DNA of 64,000 nucleotides from an uncultured delta proteobacterium. Its GTDB lineage: Bacteria; Myxococcota_A; Polyangia; Polyangiales; Houyiibacteriaceae. The first letter of the stretch is position 1. Each line of letters starts with the position of its first letter. Location of the stretch: the NCBI GenBank assembly GCA_963699755.1, contig CAVOVB010000001.1, positions 1,312,001-1,376,000 of the forward strand, read 5' to 3'. Positions 61,836 through 64,000 of this stretch are shown here, piece by piece. The position numbers were made by a program, and so were the translations under genes. Under the pieces are notes generated by a model, which was not told the origin of the DNA, ran no database searches, and saw only the letters and a list, made by a program, of their open reading frames with translations.

Positions 61836-62663
61836 ATGGCAATTCGTAAGTTCAAACCGACGTCGCCGTCCCGCCGCTTCTACGAGGCGCCGGACTTCGA
61901 CACGATCACCCGCGGGAAACCTGAAAAGAAACTTCTCGACACCAAGAAGCAGACTGCCGGTCGCAACAACCAGGGGCGCATCACCTCGCGCTTCCGTGGG
62001 GGCGGTCACAAGCAGCGCTACCGCAAGATCGACTTCAAGCGGAACAAGATCGGCGTGCCAGGGACGGTGAAGGGGATCGAATATGATCCGAATCGCTCGG
62101 CTCGAATCGCGCTAATCCACTATGAAGATGGCGAAAAAGCTTACATTCTTGCTCCGGACGGCCTAGAGCCCGGTCAGCAGGTGCTCTCGTCACGCAATGC
62201 CGACGTGAAGCCCGGCAACGCGATGCCGCTTCGTCACATGCCGCTTGGCACGATGATACACAACATCGAGCTCAAGATTGGCAAGGGCGCCCAGCTCGTG
62301 CGTTCAGCCGGGACCGCAGCCCAGCTGATGGCCAAGGATGGCAACTATGCTCAGGTCCGCCTTCCGTCCGGCGAAGTTCGCTTGGTGCACCTCAACTGCC
62401 GTGCGTCGGTCGGACAGGTTAGCAACGGTCAGCATGCCCGCCTGACGCTCGGCAAGGCAGGCCGAAGCCGCTGGCTCGGTCGCCGACCACACAATCGTGG
62501 CACCACCATGAACCCAGTCGACCATCCAATGGGTGGCGGCGAGGGCCGCACCTCGGGTGGACGTCATCCCTGCTCACCCTGGGGTCAGCTCGCCAAGGGC
62601 TTGAAGACTAGAAAGAACAAGTCGACGGACAAGTACATTGTTCGCAGTCGAAAGAAGAAGTAA
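61836..62663 (+). CDS. rplB: 50S ribosomal protein L2
   Basis: [30 protein letters not shown]. Confidence 0.98.
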   Translation: MAIRKFKPTSPSRRFYEAPDFDTITRGKPEKKLLDTKKQTAGRNNQGRITSRFRGGGHKQRYRKIDFKRNKIGVPGTVKGIEYDPNRSARIALIHYEDGEKAYILAPDGLEPGQQVLSSRNADVKPGNAMPLRHMPLGTMIHNIELKIGKGAQLVRSAGTAAQLMAKDGNYAQVRLPSGEVRLVHLNCRASVGQVSNGQHARLTLGKAGRSRWLGRRPHNRGTTMNPVDHPMGGGEGRTSGGRHPCSPWGQLAKGLKTRKNKSTDKYIVRSRKKK

Positions 62664-62965
62664 TGGCGCGTTCAGTAAAAAAGGGTCCGTTCATCGACCA
62701 GCACCTCGAAGACAAGGTCGAGGCTGCGACCAAGTCGGGCGACAAGAAGATGATCCGCACTTGGTCGCGTCGTTCGACAGTGACGCCCGACTTCGTTGGG
62801 CACACCTTTGCCGTTCACAACGGCCGGAAGTTCGTCACCGTCTTCGTCACCGAGAACATGGTCGGGCACAAGCTCGGCGAGTTCGCGCCAACCCGGACGT
62901 TCGGCGGTCATGCGTCGGATAGGAAGGGTGGCCGCAAGGTCAACCCCGAGACAGGGAAGAGATGA
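62663..62965 (+). CDS. rpsS: 30S ribosomal protein S19
   Basis: [27 protein letters not shown]. Confidence 0.98.
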   Translation: MARSVKKGPFIDQHLEDKVEAATKSGDKKMIRTWSRRSTVTPDFVGHTFAVHNGRKFVTVFVTENMVGHKLGEFAPTRTFGGHASDRKGGRKVNPETGKR

Positions 62966-62967
62966 TC

Positions 62968-63318
62968 ATGGAAGCGGTTGCAAAAGCACGGTTTCAAAGG
63001 ATTTCGCCCCGTAAGGCGCGAGTCGTGCTCAACATGGTGCGCGGCAAGAGCGTCGCGGACGCCCTCAATGAGCTCCGCTTCACGACGAAGTCGGCGGCTC
63101 CCATCGTGGCCAAGGCCATAAGTAGCGCGATCGCCAATGCCAAGCAGAAGAACGAAGAGCTGAACTTGGACGACCTGTTCGTCAAAACCGCATTTGCCGA
63201 CATGGCGCCCAACCAGCACATGCGGCGTTGGCGTCCTCGGGCGCAGGGGCGCGCGACGCGCATCCTCAAGGGAATGAGTCACATCACCGTCGTCGTGAGC
63301 GATGGGGAAGAGAGCTGA
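62968..63318 (+). CDS. rplV: 50S ribosomal protein L22
   Basis: [25 protein letters not shown]. Confidence 0.97.
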   Translation: MEAVAKARFQRISPRKARVVLNMVRGKSVADALNELRFTTKSAAPIVAKAISSAIANAKQKNEELNLDDLFVKTAFADMAPNQHMRRWRPRAQGRATRILKGMSHITVVVSDGEES

Positions 63319-63321
63319 AGC

Positions 63322-63984
<663 letters not shown>

Positions 63985-63993
63985 GGACGAGCC

Positions 63994-64000
63994 ATGCTTC
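63994..64000 (+). CDS. rplP: Probable start of 50S ribosomal protein L16 (truncated by window end)
   Basis: AAGGA SD then ATG CTT directly after rpsC; assigned by conserved gene order only. Confidence 0.55.

Overview
High-GC bacterial chromosomal window of densely packed, mostly housekeeping genes. I found no integrase, transposase, prophage or CRISPR array. Gene content (two membrane Ser/Thr kinases, TPR and secreted partners, DUF1844, deltaproteobacterial-type CcmH, EF-Tu with an AKGGTVRD switch I) suggests Myxococcota, probably Polyangiales-like; this is an inference. Left to right: partial molybdopterin oxidoreductase; a small protein/DUF1844/atypical ClpB-like operon divergent from a Ycf46-like AAA ATPase; carboxylesterase; mgtE and terC; prkA-yeaH-spoVR; PIN-PhoH; DUF1704; rsmD-coaD; a kinase; assorted hydrolases; gluQ; moaC; a flippase; an RCK K+ channel; a lone dnaK; a ccmF-ccmH fusion with two accessory genes; ssb; tlyA; tRNA-Gln(UUG); an ABC exporter; pabB-like; a lipoprotein-kinase-TPR module; then the str operon and the start of the S10 operon. 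The most unusual signals are: a ClpB-like protein with a degenerate first ATPase domain and no middle domain, coupled to DUF1844; a CcmF-CcmH fusion with an internal signal-peptide-like linker; rplC missing from the S10 operon; a non-canonical EF-Tu switch I; a structured 235-nt rpsG-fusA spacer; a probable internal RCK start in a K+ channel with a TVGFA filter; two kinase-linked secreted proteins both ending GG..RLEF; and many apparently leaderless genes. All calls come from motif recognition by eye; no database searches were run.
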